Origin: Planctomycetota bacterium
GTDB lineage: Bacteria > Planctomycetota > UBA1135 > UBA2386
Assembly (NCBI GenBank): GCA_016794035.1
Contig: JAEUHS010000044.1
Coordinates: forward strand, 24,169-88,168
Length of the DNA stretch: 64,000 nucleotides
Reading direction: 5' to 3'
Part shown: piece after piece, positions 38,391-46,928 of the stretch
Layout: the number at the start of each line of letters is the position of its first letter
How positions within the stretch are numbered: the stretch's first letter is position 1
The notes under the pieces: model-generated
Database searches by the model: none
Seen by the model: only the letters and a program-made list of their open reading frames with translations
What the model was told of the DNA's origin: nothing
Position numbers and translations under genes: made by a program

Positions 38391-39244
38391 CGGCGCCATC
38401 GGCCGACGCGGGGGCGCTCTACGAGACGCTGTCACGGTTCCAGTGGTGGCGGTCGCGGCGCGCGCGATCGCGCGGCGAGGGTCTCGAACTGCGCAAACGC
38501 CTGTCGCCGCCGCGCGCCGGCGACGGTCCGGCCGATGGCGCCGCCGGCCTCGATCGCTGGCTGTTCGCACAGCTCGCCGGCCGCCCCGCGGCCCGCGTGC
38601 TCGACCTCGGCTGCGGCTTCGGCGCGTCGACGCAGCGTTGGGCCGCGCTCGGCGGCGGCACGGCGGTCGGCATCACGCCGAGCGCGTTCCAGGTCGACAA
38701 GGCGACCGCGGCGGCCGCGCGCGCCGGCCTCGGCTCGCGCGTGCGCTTCGTGCGCCAGGACTTCCTGGCGCCGCTCGACGGACGCTTCGACGTCGTGCTG
38801 GCGATCGAATCGCTCGGCCACGCCCACGACCTGCCGGCGGCACTCGCGAACGTGCGCCGCGCGCTGCGGCCCGGCGGCACCTTCGTCTGGGTCGAGGATC
38901 TGCTGCGCGCGCCGCTGGCCGACGACGCGGACGTGCACCGGCTCGCCGCCGCCTGGCGCTCGCCGCCGCTGCGCACCATCGACGACGCCCGCCAGGCGCT
39001 GCGCGCCGCGGATCTCGCCGTCCGGGCCGAACGGGATCTGACGCACCAGGTCCCGGTCGCGGCGATGCCTCAGTTGGCGGCGCGCGATCGCCGATTGGGT
39101 CGTGTGCGCCGCCTGTCACCCCTGTCGCCGCTGCGACGGCTGATCGACGCCTTCCGCGGCGGCGTCGCCCTCGAACGACTCTACGTCCGCCAACTCGCCT
39201 GCTACCTTGTCTGGATGAGCGAACGCCCGCCGGAGGCCTCGTGA
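38387..39244 (+). CDS. Class I SAM-dependent methyltransferase (second copy, different subfamily)
   Basis: ATGA overlap with the upstream gene. VLDLGCGFG, VGITPS, FDVVLAIESLGH, LRPGGTF. Confidence 0.8.
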   Translation: MTAPSADAGALYETLSRFQWWRSRRARSRGEGLELRKRLSPPRAGDGPADGAAGLDRWLFAQLAGRPAARVLDLGCGFGASTQRWAALGGGTAVGITPSAFQVDKATAAAARAGLGSRVRFVRQDFLAPLDGRFDVVLAIESLGHAHDLPAALANVRRALRPGGTFVWVEDLLRAPLADDADVHRLAAAWRSPPLRTIDDARQALRAADLAVRAERDLTHQVPVAAMPQLAARDRRLGRVRRLSPLSPLRRLIDAFRGGVALERLYVRQLACYLVWMSERPPEAS

Positions 39245-40875
39245 AGTTCCTCCGTCATCTCGCCTGGCCGATCGCGCTGCTGCCGGCGCTGGCGGCGTTC
39301 GTCTGGACGAGCTTCGCCTCGCGCCTGCCCGAGTCCGCCGCCGCGCGGCGCGCGCTGGGCGAGGTGACGATGCGCTGGGACTTCGCCGAGCTGGCGGACC
39401 TGCGCCAGGAGCCGGCGCACCTGCTGGCGCGGGCCCTGCACCTGGCGGCGCTGCACGTGCCGGGATCGTCGTTCTGGTGGGCCGCCTCGGTCAACGCCGT
39501 GCTGGCGCTGCTGATCGTGTTCGCGTTCGTCGCCGTCGCCCGCCGGACCTTCGCGCTCGCGGGCATGGCACAAGCGTTCGCGCTCGGGCTGGCCGGGCTG
39601 CTGGTGGGCAGTCCCGCGTTCGGCGCCGACTGGCTGTACGGCGAACGCACGGGCCTGTTCCTCGTGCCGCTGCTGCTGCTGTGGTCGCTGGTACTGCTGC
39701 TGGGCGCCGGTGGTTTCACCTGGCGCGCGCTGCTGGTGCTGCTGCTGACGGTCGCGGCGCCATTCTGTCACACGAACGGCCTGTTGGTGTTCGTCGCGCT
39801 GGCGCCTGCGCTGCTCGAGGCCGCGCGCCGCGCCGGCAGCACGCGCCGTGTCGGCTGGATGCTCGCGCTGCTGATCTGCGGCAACCTCGCCGCCGTCGCC
39901 ACCATGACGCCCGCGGGCGGGCTCGCGCTCGGCGACACCGGCCTGCTCGGCCGCCTGGTGGCGGCCCCGGCCGACACGCTGCTGCACCTGCTGCGCACGA
40001 CCGGCTCCGCGTGGCTCGATCCGGTGCCGACGGCGACCTGGGACGAACTGGCGCTTGGCGCGTTCGCCTGGTCGTTGCCGCTGCTGTTCTGGCGGCTCGG
40101 CGACCGCAGCGACGAAGCGCGCCGGCAGGCGGCGCCCTGGTGGGGTTGCGTCTGGTTCGGCCTGTCGCTGTTCGTGCTCGCCGCCGAACGGCACGGCGCC
40201 GACCTGACGGGTGCGGCGCTGCGCGAACTGACGTTCGGCGCGTTCCTGCTGCCGATCGGCTGCTTCGGCGTGCTGGCCGCGCGCTGCGGCGCCGGCATGG
40301 CGCCGGTGGGGGCGGGTGTGCTGTTGGTGCTGGCAGCGCAGGACTGGCCGCACGGCATCGAGGATCTGCGCCTCGCGCGCATGCAGGTCGAACGCACCGC
40401 GATGAATCTGCAGCTGTCGCGGGTCGGCGGTGCCACACCGGCCAACGGCCACGAGGAGCTGCAGATCCTGCAGGCGCGCGGCTGGGCCGCAGCCACCGAC
40501 GGCCTGTTCGACGCGGCACATCGCGCGGCCACCGCGCCGCCCGCCGAACACCTGGGCGGCGTGCTCGACGGCGATGCCACGTCGGTGCGCGGCCTCGTGC
40601 GGTCGTCGCTGACCGGCGACAACGTGCAGTGCGTCGTCGCCACCGTGGCCGGCAGCACGGTCGACGGCGGCGGTGAGAAGGTGCTGGGCAAGGTGCTGCC
40701 CGACTACGTGGGCCAGGGACGCAACGTGCCGTGGACGATCGCCTGGGATGCGCCGCTGGCCGACGGCACGCGGGTCCGCGTCGTCGGCTACTGCCTGCGC
40801 CGGGGCACGTTCGTGGCGCTGACCGAGGTCCGCGTCGTGAAGGACGGCAAGCTCGTGCCCGAGTCCGGCGGATGA
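39241..40875 (+). CDS. Polytopic membrane protein, possibly GT-C-like, with an extracytoplasmic C-terminal domain
   Basis: GTGA overlap with the upstream gene. About 10 hydrophobic helices are followed by a soluble 150-aa tail. No catalytic motif recognised. Confidence 0.45.
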   Translation: MKFLRHLAWPIALLPALAAFVWTSFASRLPESAAARRALGEVTMRWDFAELADLRQEPAHLLARALHLAALHVPGSSFWWAASVNAVLALLIVFAFVAVARRTFALAGMAQAFALGLAGLLVGSPAFGADWLYGERTGLFLVPLLLLWSLVLLLGAGGFTWRALLVLLLTVAAPFCHTNGLLVFVALAPALLEAARRAGSTRRVGWMLALLICGNLAAVATMTPAGGLALGDTGLLGRLVAAPADTLLHLLRTTGSAWLDPVPTATWDELALGAFAWSLPLLFWRLGDRSDEARRQAAPWWGCVWFGLSLFVLAAERHGADLTGAALRELTFGAFLLPIGCFGVLAARCGAGMAPVGAGVLLVLAAQDWPHGIEDLRLARMQVERTAMNLQLSRVGGATPANGHEELQILQARGWAAATDGLFDAAHRAATAPPAEHLGGVLDGDATSVRGLVRSSLTGDNVQCVVATVAGSTVDGGGEKVLGKVLPDYVGQGRNVPWTIAWDAPLADGTRVRVVGYCLRRGTFVALTEVRVVKDGKLVPESGG

Positions 40876-42512
40876 GACGGATCGGCGTGATCCTCGGGTG
40901 GCTCGCGGCCCTCGCGTTGCTGCACCTGGCGTCGATCGCGCCGCTGCCGTTCGCCGGCGCCGACCCCGGCCGCGCGCTGTGGCACGTGTCGCCCGATGCG
41001 GTGTGTCTGCTGGCGATCGCGGCGCTCGGGGCGTCGATCGGGCGCGGTCGTCTGTTCGCGCATCTGGCCGCGCTGACCCTGCTGGCGGCCGCGCTCTACC
41101 GAACGGCGGCGTTCTACGTCGCGGCGCTGCTCGATCGCCGGCTCGACCTGACGTTCGACGTGATGGAGGTGCCAGGAGTCTTGCACCTGCTGACGCACGA
41201 CAGCCGCCTCGAGCCATGGATGGTCGTCGCGGGCGCCGTGCTGGCCCTCGTGCTCGCGTGGCTGCTGCTGGCGTGGGCGTTCGCGCGCGCGGCGCGGCCG
41301 GCGCGCAGCACGCACGGCGCCGTGCTGCTGGTCGCGCTGCTGCAGGCGATCGTGCTCGGCGACATCGCGCGCGGCTCGCTCGACCGCCGGGCCGAATCGT
41401 GGTGGCGCCCTTCTTCGGTGCTGCCGCTGGCGACCGATGTGCGCGCCTCGGCGAGCTACTGGTTCGATCCCGGAGAGTTCGACGGAGCGATCCGCGAACA
41501 GCTGCGCGAGGCCGCCGAGCGCATGGCCGCGACGCCGACCGATCTCGGCGTGTTGCACGGTGCCGACGTGCATCTGGTGATCGTCGAGTCCTACGGCCGC
41601 TGGGCGCTGCGCGAACCGACGGTGCACGCGCGCCTGCGGTCGCTGTGGCAACAGGTCGGTCCCGAGCTGCAGGCCGCCGGCTTCGAGGTCTGCACGGCGA
41701 CCTGTCGGCCGTCGAACAGCGGCGGCGAGTCGTGGCTGACGCACGCGCAGCTGTTGTCGGCGGCGCCGATCGGCCATCGGCGCCAGTTCCAGCTGCTGCT
41801 GCAGAGCGACATCGAGCCGCTGCCGAAGCGCTTCCAGGCGGCGGGCTACCACACCGTCGAGGTGATGCCGGCGATGCCGCGGCACTGGCCCGAAGGCCAG
41901 CGCTTCTACGGCTTCGACGCGTCGATCACGCAACTCGAACTCGACTACACCGGGACGGTCTACCACTGGGGTCGCATGCCGGACCAGTTCGCGCTGCACC
42001 ACCTGCTCGAACACGTGGTGCGGCCGGCGCCGGGCCCGCTGTTCACGATGTACGTGTCGGTGACGAGCCATGTGCCGTTCCGGCTGGTGCCGCCCTACAT
42101 CGACGACTGGCGCATCGACGCCGACACGTTCCGCGGGCCGCCGCGCATCGAACACCCGCTGTCGTGGTCCAGCGTGCCGTTCGACCCGCAGCTGGTGCCC
42201 GCCTACGCCGATACGCTCGAGTACACGCTGCGGTGCACCGCCGGCTTCGTCGCGCGCCTGACGCGGCCGTCGCTGGTGATCGTGCTCGGCGACCACCAGC
42301 CGCCGATCGCGACCGTCGGCCCGACGCGCGATGCCGGCTACGACGTGCCGATCCACGCGTTCGCGAATCGGCCGGAGCTGCTGGCCCCGTGCCGGGCGCT
42401 CGGCTTCGTCGACGGCTACGAGGTGCCCGAAGGCGCGGAGGCGTTTCCGACCGATCGGTTCGCGCCGGCGTTCCTCGAGCTGTACTCGCAGCCGTCGCAG
42501 CAGCCGCGCTGA
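40872..42512 (+). CDS. Membrane-anchored sulfatase-fold (LTA-synthase / phosphoglycerol- or phosphoethanolamine-transferase-like) protein
   Basis: ATGA overlap with the upstream gene. N-terminal TM helices. The extracytoplasmic domain has VIVESYG, SGGESW, VSVTSHVPF and VLGDHQP, typical of alkaline-phosphatase-superfamily transferases. Confidence 0.65.
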   Translation: MRRIGVILGWLAALALLHLASIAPLPFAGADPGRALWHVSPDAVCLLAIAALGASIGRGRLFAHLAALTLLAAALYRTAAFYVAALLDRRLDLTFDVMEVPGVLHLLTHDSRLEPWMVVAGAVLALVLAWLLLAWAFARAARPARSTHGAVLLVALLQAIVLGDIARGSLDRRAESWWRPSSVLPLATDVRASASYWFDPGEFDGAIREQLREAAERMAATPTDLGVLHGADVHLVIVESYGRWALREPTVHARLRSLWQQVGPELQAAGFEVCTATCRPSNSGGESWLTHAQLLSAAPIGHRRQFQLLLQSDIEPLPKRFQAAGYHTVEVMPAMPRHWPEGQRFYGFDASITQLELDYTGTVYHWGRMPDQFALHHLLEHVVRPAPGPLFTMYVSVTSHVPFRLVPPYIDDWRIDADTFRGPPRIEHPLSWSSVPFDPQLVPAYADTLEYTLRCTAGFVARLTRPSLVIVLGDHQPPIATVGPTRDAGYDVPIHAFANRPELLAPCRALGFVDGYEVPEGAEAFPTDRFAPAFLELYSQPSQQPR

Positions 42513-42515
42513 CCG

Positions 42516-43652
42516 CTACTCGAAGCGGGCCTGGCGCGCGAGGCGCTTGCGGATGATCTCGATGCGCTCCAGCTGGCCGCGCGCCGGGAAGCGTTCGTAG
42601 AAGCCCTCGCGGCGGAAGTCCTGCGTCAGCTCGGCGATCGGCCGGAAGCGGGTCTCGAGCAGCTTCGCCAGTTCGGGTCCCGGTGCGATCGTCGCGTCGA
42701 TGCGCGCGGCGACGTCGCCGCACAGCCGCAGCATGCCCTCGATCGTGACGTCGCGCGTCACCATGTGGTTCTTGTTGTCGCCCCAGGCGCTGCCGAACAC
42801 CGTGCGCAGCGCCTTCAGGGTGTCGCGGATCAGCCCGTAGCCGCGGTCCTTGCTCCAGCCGCGGCCGTCCTTGAAGCGGTGCTGCGCGTCCTTGCGCCGG
42901 ATCAGGCGGTAGGTCTCGCCGAAGATCTGCGCCTGGTTGATCCACATCTCCTGCGCCGACCGGCCGCCGAGCATGTTGATGTGGTACTGCAGCGGCGAGT
43001 CGTCGGACTCGTACAGCGAACGCACCAGCGTCGCGGCGTACTTCTTCTCGGGGTCGGTGCCCCACTCGATGCGTTCGTACAGGTCGATCAGGTGCGACTT
43101 GTTGATGCGCGTGTGGGTGCTGTTGATGACGACGAACATCTCGGTCGCGAAGTCCGACGTCTTGCCGTCGAACACGACCACCGGCACTTCGACGCGGCGG
43201 TCGGCGTCCTTCTCCTGCAGGTAGAAGTGCAGGCCGGCGAGCCGGTGCTGGCCGTCGATGATCAGGAAGTCGCCGCGCGGTTCGACCAGGTTGCCGGCGC
43301 GCTCCATGCCGCGCATCGGCTGGAACTCGAGCTTCTCCGGCGTGAACAGCAGCACCGCGCCCGGGATCACCGGCTGCCGCGTCTCGTTGCGGTAGAAGTC
43401 CTTGATCTGCTTGACCTTCCTGCGGTTCAGGTCGCGCTGGAACGACTTGCTGTTCTTCTCGATCGCCTGCACGTAGCGCTCGACGTCGTCCGGCTCCTGC
43501 TTCCGCTTCGCCTTGCCGTCGTCGCCGCCGATGGTCTGCCCGCGGTCGCCGTAGAAGCGCGTCACGAAGCGCACCTTGCGCAGCAGGTCTTCCGCCGGGT
43601 AGCTGACGAAGTAGAACTCCGACTCCTTCTGCCGCATGCGCTGGGCGAACAT
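42516..43652 (-). CDS. DGQHR-domain protein (DndB/DpdB-like, ParB-nuclease superfamily)
   Basis: Literal motif IIDGQHRLAG (DGQHR encoded at 43242-43256). IPGAVLLF lies upstream and VINSTHTRINKSHLIDL downstream. Start at ATG 43652. The remaining 450 codons of the 828-aa ORF are a shadow of the opposite-strand gene. Confidence 0.8.
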   Translation of the reverse strand: MFAQRMRQKESEFYFVSYPAEDLLRKVRFVTRFYGDRGQTIGGDDGKAKRKQEPDDVERYVQAIEKNSKSFQRDLNRRKVKQIKDFYRNETRQPVIPGAVLLFTPEKLEFQPMRGMERAGNLVEPRGDFLIIDGQHRLAGLHFYLQEKDADRRVEVPVVVFDGKTSDFATEMFVVINSTHTRINKSHLIDLYERIEWGTDPEKKYAATLVRSLYESDDSPLQYHINMLGGRSAQEMWINQAQIFGETYRLIRRKDAQHRFKDGRGWSKDRGYGLIRDTLKALRTVFGSAWGDNKNHMVTRDVTIEGMLRLCGDVAARIDATIAPGPELAKLLETRFRPIAELTQDFRREGFYERFPARGQLERIEIIRKRLARQARFE

Positions 43653-43784
43653 CCGTGCTCCTTGGACCGGGTGTAGGTGCTGGGCGAGAGTTTGCTCGCC
43701 GGCGGCCGGGTTGGCAAAGGTCGGGCGGGGTTCCGTGTCGCCGGGGCTGGCACCGCCGATGCCGTCGGCACTACGGTGCCACCG

Positions 43785-45044
43785 ATGTCGCCGCTGACCG
43801 TCGTCTGGGCCTACCGCCGCACGGGGAAGTTCGCCTTCCACGTGCTGACCGGGGCGCTGGAGACCGATGCTCGGGCGGCCGGCGTGCCGATCGTGTTCGC
43901 CAACGGCGTCGAGGCGGTGGTCGCGGCGCTGCGCGAGGCGCTGGCGGCCGGGCATCGCGTGCTGGTCGGCTGGTCGTTCTATTCGCCGGACTTCGCGCTG
44001 CTCGCGGCGGAGCTGCAGCAGGTGAAGGCACGGATCGACGCTGCGCGCGTGCTGCACGTCGCCGGCGGCGTGCACGCGTCGGCCGAGCCCGAGGCGACGC
44101 TGCGCGCCGGCTTCGACCTGGTCGCGACCGGCGACGGCGAACGGCTGGTGCAGGACCTCGTGCACGCGCTGCGCACCGGCGGCGAGCCGCGCGCGATCGC
44201 CGGCATCGGCTGGCTCGAGGCCGGCGTCCTGCGGCGCAACGGCCGCGCGGCGCGCACCGCGCTCGACGAGTTCCCGCCGTTCGGCCCCGCGCACGACCGC
44301 TTCGGCCCGATCGAGATCACGCGCGGCTGCGTCTACGCGTGCCGGTTCTGCCAGACGCCGTACTTCGCCGGCGCCAGCTTCCGGCACCGCAGCGTCGCCA
44401 ACGTGCGGCATTGGGCGCGCTACCTGGTCGGCCGCGGCTTCCGGGACTTCCGCTTCCTGACGCCGACGTCGATGAGCTACGGCGCGACCGGGCCGGAGCC
44501 GGATCTCGCCGCGGTCGAGGCGCTGCTGGCCGCGGTGCGCGAGGAGATCGGACCGCAGCGGCGGTTGTGGTTCGGCACGTTCCCGAGCGAGGTGCGGCCC
44601 GAACACGTCACCGACGCGAGCCTTCGGCTGCTGCGGCGGTGGGTCACCAACAAGGCGCTGATCCTCGGCGGCCAGTCCGGCAGCGACCGCGTGCTGGCGG
44701 CGAGCGCGCGCGGTCACGATGCGGCGACCGTCGAGCGCGCGACCGCGCTGTGTCTCGAGTACGGCTTCGTGCCGCACGTCGACTTCCTGTTCGGCATGCC
44801 CGGCGAAGCGCCCGCCGATGTCGAGGCGACGCTGGCGCTGATGGACCGCCTGGTCGCGCGCGGCGCCAAGGTGCACGGTCACACGTTCCTGCCGTTGCCC
44901 GGCACGCCGTTCCGCAAGGCCGCACCCGGCGTGCTGACGCCCGCGATGCGCCAGCGGCTGCTGGCGATGGCGTCGAAGGGGCAGCTGTACGGGCAGTGGC
45001 AACAGCAGGAGGTCACCGCGCGCGAGCTGGCGGAGCGGCGCTGA
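43785..45044 (+). CDS. Radical SAM enzyme with an N-terminal B12-binding-like domain
   Basis: CVYACRFC (C-x3-C-x2-C) after a Rossmann-like N-domain. Overall resemblance to the archaeal MJ_1487-type B12/rSAM family. Start at ATG 43785 (an alternative GTG is at 43677). Confidence 0.75.
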   Translation: MSPLTVVWAYRRTGKFAFHVLTGALETDARAAGVPIVFANGVEAVVAALREALAAGHRVLVGWSFYSPDFALLAAELQQVKARIDAARVLHVAGGVHASAEPEATLRAGFDLVATGDGERLVQDLVHALRTGGEPRAIAGIGWLEAGVLRRNGRAARTALDEFPPFGPAHDRFGPIEITRGCVYACRFCQTPYFAGASFRHRSVANVRHWARYLVGRGFRDFRFLTPTSMSYGATGPEPDLAAVEALLAAVREEIGPQRRLWFGTFPSEVRPEHVTDASLRLLRRWVTNKALILGGQSGSDRVLAASARGHDAATVERATALCLEYGFVPHVDFLFGMPGEAPADVEATLALMDRLVARGAKVHGHTFLPLPGTPFRKAAPGVLTPAMRQRLLAMASKGQLYGQWQQQEVTARELAERR

Positions 45045-45153
45045 ACGGACGCGCCGAAGCGCTGCGCACAGAGACCCCGGTTGGCATGCGACGAACGTGT
45101 CCTACTGTGCGTCCATGCTCTGAGCCCTGTCGTCGCCTCGACGGATCACGGTC

Positions 45154-45324
45154 GTGATCCTCGCCGGACTGGTCGGTTGGTCGCTGCAGCATTTCGCCGG
45201 TGTCGCCGGCGCGATCCTGCCGGCCGTGCTGCTCGGCATGTTCGTGGCCATGCTGGTGCCGGCCAGGGGAGCCTGCGCGGTGCGCGGTCCTGCGGTCAGG
45301 GCGGACACGCCGGACGGCCGATAG
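45154..45324 (+). CDS. 56-aa hydrophobic micro-protein (tentative)
   Basis: Not in the ORF track. The frame ITVVILAGLVGWSLQHFAGVAGAILPAVLLGMFVAMLVPA has strong GC3 and two TM-like stretches. It ends 7 nt before the selenoprotein gene. The start codon is uncertain. Confidence 0.3.
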   Translation: MILAGLVGWSLQHFAGVAGAILPAVLLGMFVAMLVPARGACAVRGPAVRADTPDGR

Positions 45325-45330
45325 CACGAC

Positions 45331-45570
45331 ATGGACATCACGATCGTTCACTGCACGTCTTGAGGCTTCGGCCCACGCGCGGCGGGTCTCGCCGCGCAGA
45401 TCGAAGATGCGCTCGACCTCGAGGTGAAGCGCAAGACCGGGCGGCTCGGCCAGTTCGACGTGCTCGTCGACGGGCAGGTGATCGCCAGCCGCAGCGCTCG
45501 CGGGTGGCCCGATGCCGAAGCGGTGATCGCCAGCATCGAGGCCCTGCAGGCGCAGAAGCAGCGCAGTTGA
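45331..45570 (+). CDS. SelW/Rdx-family selenoprotein; TGA at 45361-45363 read as selenocysteine
   Basis: Reads MDITIVHCTS-U-GFGPRAAGLAAQIEDALDLEVKRKTGRLGQFDVLVDGQVIASRSARGWPDAEAVIASIEAL.... This has the CxxU redox motif, the G-x-G-x-F-x-V-x-VDG core and the (R/G)(F/W)P motif of Rdx proteins. GC3 continues across the TGA. Confidence 0.75.
45377..45397 (+). promoter_or_regulatory. SECIS-like hairpin
   Basis: Perfect 8-bp stem GCGCGGCG/CGCCGCGC with loop GGUCU, starting 14 nt after the UGA. The loop resembles the GGUC apical loop of the E. coli fdhF SECIS. Confidence 0.6.
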
Positions 45571-45584
45571 CGCCGCGCGGCGCT

Positions 45585-46553
45585 TCAGCCGTTCTCGGCG
45601 CGGCGCAGGCGGTTCTCGTTCTTGGGGTCGGTCGGGTCGTGGTAGACGAGGCCACCGTTGATGCGCTCGACGACGGGCTTGCGGGTCTTGTCGCGGTAGT
45701 GCCGCGTGTACGTCTGCGGCACCGAGTAGTGCGTGACGTACGACTTGCGCGTCAGGGATCGGTCGAGCACCGGCGAACCGCCGTGGGCGAGCGCGGCGTG
45801 CCAGAGGAACACGTCACCCTTCTTCGGGCAGAACGTCAGTCGTTCGAGGCCGGCCTCCCGGCAGTGCCGGTCGATGTGCTCGGCGAACTGCTGTTCGGTC
45901 GCCGTCGAGCCCGACTGGCGGAAGATGCCGTTGCCCCAGTCGAACATCGGCAGCGCGTGCGAACCCGGCACATAGGTGAGCGGCCCCGCGCGCGGATCGA
46001 TGTCCTCGAGCGCGACCCAGGAAGCGCACAGGTGCGCCGGGTTGCCCGAGAACACGTAGGCGTGGTCCTGATGGAGCAGCTGCTGACTGCCCTCGAGGAA
46101 GGTCAGCGACTGCATCATCACGACGTCGTTGGCGAAGAGATGGCGAACGAAGTCGACGATCTGCGCGTGCAGCGAGATCCGCTTGGCCGCGACCGAGGCG
46201 TGATGCAGGTCGACGAAGCGCATACGCTGGCCGAAGAAGAACTGCGGGTCGGCGGTGCGGATCGGCACGTGGTCGTACTTGTCGCTGAGGATCAGCGAGC
46301 TGTGGTCGCGGTGGTTGGCCATCACTTCGTCGATGTCGGCGAGCAGCGCGTCGATCAGCGCCGGCTCGATCGCCCGCTCCAGCACGACGTAGCCGAGCCC
46401 CATCCACTGGAACAACCGCTGCCGCAACCGCGCCCGCTCCGCGACGTCGATCGGCTGCGCCCGCACGTGGTCTTCGATCGCGTAGCGCAGCTCGTCGACC
46501 CAGGGCAGTCGCTTGCGGCGGAAATCGAGCTGTTGGGGTCCGCGGGCGAACAT
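45585..46553 (-). CDS. Fe(II)/2-oxoglutarate dioxygenase, phytanoyl-CoA dioxygenase (PhyH) family
   Basis: HQDHAY (H-x-D), a later PGSH, and WHAALAHGG. The start could be ATG 46553 or 46598. Confidence 0.7.
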   Translation of the reverse strand: MFARGPQQLDFRRKRLPWVDELRYAIEDHVRAQPIDVAERARLRQRLFQWMGLGYVVLERAIEPALIDALLADIDEVMANHRDHSSLILSDKYDHVPIRTADPQFFFGQRMRFVDLHHASVAAKRISLHAQIVDFVRHLFANDVVMMQSLTFLEGSQQLLHQDHAYVFSGNPAHLCASWVALEDIDPRAGPLTYVPGSHALPMFDWGNGIFRQSGSTATEQQFAEHIDRHCREAGLERLTFCPKKGDVFLWHAALAHGGSPVLDRSLTRKSYVTHYSVPQTYTRHYRDKTRKPVVERINGGLVYHDPTDPKNENRLRRAENG

Positions 46554-46619
46554 GGTGGCTGCGCGCGGCCAAGCATCATGGAGCGCGGTCGGCGCCACAA
46601 GCCCGAGGCGCGTGGCGGA

Positions 46620-46928
46620 TCAGCCGGCGGCCGGCGTCGCCGCGATCCACTGCCGCACGTGGCGGTCGAGCAGGAACGGCCAGATCGGCACCAGCGACGC
46701 CACGAACACCAGCAGCAGCCGCCGCACCGGCCAGCCGCGGTCGAAGTACGCCTTCACCAGCAGCCACACCAGCACCAGGAACAACACGCCGTGCACCATG
46801 CCGAACACGCGCACGGCCAGCGGCTCGCCCCAGACGTACTTCAGCGGCATCGCGATGCCGAGCAGCACCAGGTAGGAGACCGCCTCGATCAGCGAGGCGC
46901 GGCGCAACCAGGGCAGGGGATCGTCCAT
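46620..46928 (-). CDS. Small membrane protein, DUF3817-like
   Basis: LIEAVSYLVLLGIAMPLKY...HGVLFLVLVW pattern. 102 aa from ATG 46928. Confidence 0.6.
   Translation of the reverse strand: MDDPLPWLRRASLIEAVSYLVLLGIAMPLKYVWGEPLAVRVFGMVHGVLFLVLVWLLVKAYFDRGWPVRRLLLVFVASLVPIWPFLLDRHVRQWIAATPAAG

Noticed and set aside
39202-41217. 671-aa minus-strand ORF; likewise 46889..48904 (671 aa), 21007..23325 (772 aa), 16530..18551 (673 aa) and 36768..38570 (600 aa)
   Set aside because: All are antisense or out of frame relative to genes with recognisable motifs or signal/TM features. Their translations are Arg/Pro/Gly-rich low complexity.
43653-45002. N-terminal 450 codons of the 828-aa ORF that contains the DGQHR protein
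   Set aside because: This part is antisense to the radical SAM gene and is low complexity. The DGQHR homology and a sensible ATG begin at 43652.
45200-45427. 75-aa plus-strand ORF (and the minus-strand ORFs 45102..45341 and 45348..45536) listed over the selenoprotein locus
   Set aside because: They are Cys/Arg-rich nonsense translations in the wrong frame. The frame carrying the Rdx-like sequence across the TGA explains the GC3 pattern better.
45571-45582. Palindrome CGCCGCGCGGCG between the convergent selenoprotein and PhyH genes
   Set aside because: It is too short, has no loop and has no U tract. It may still act as a bidirectional stop, but the sequence alone does not support that.
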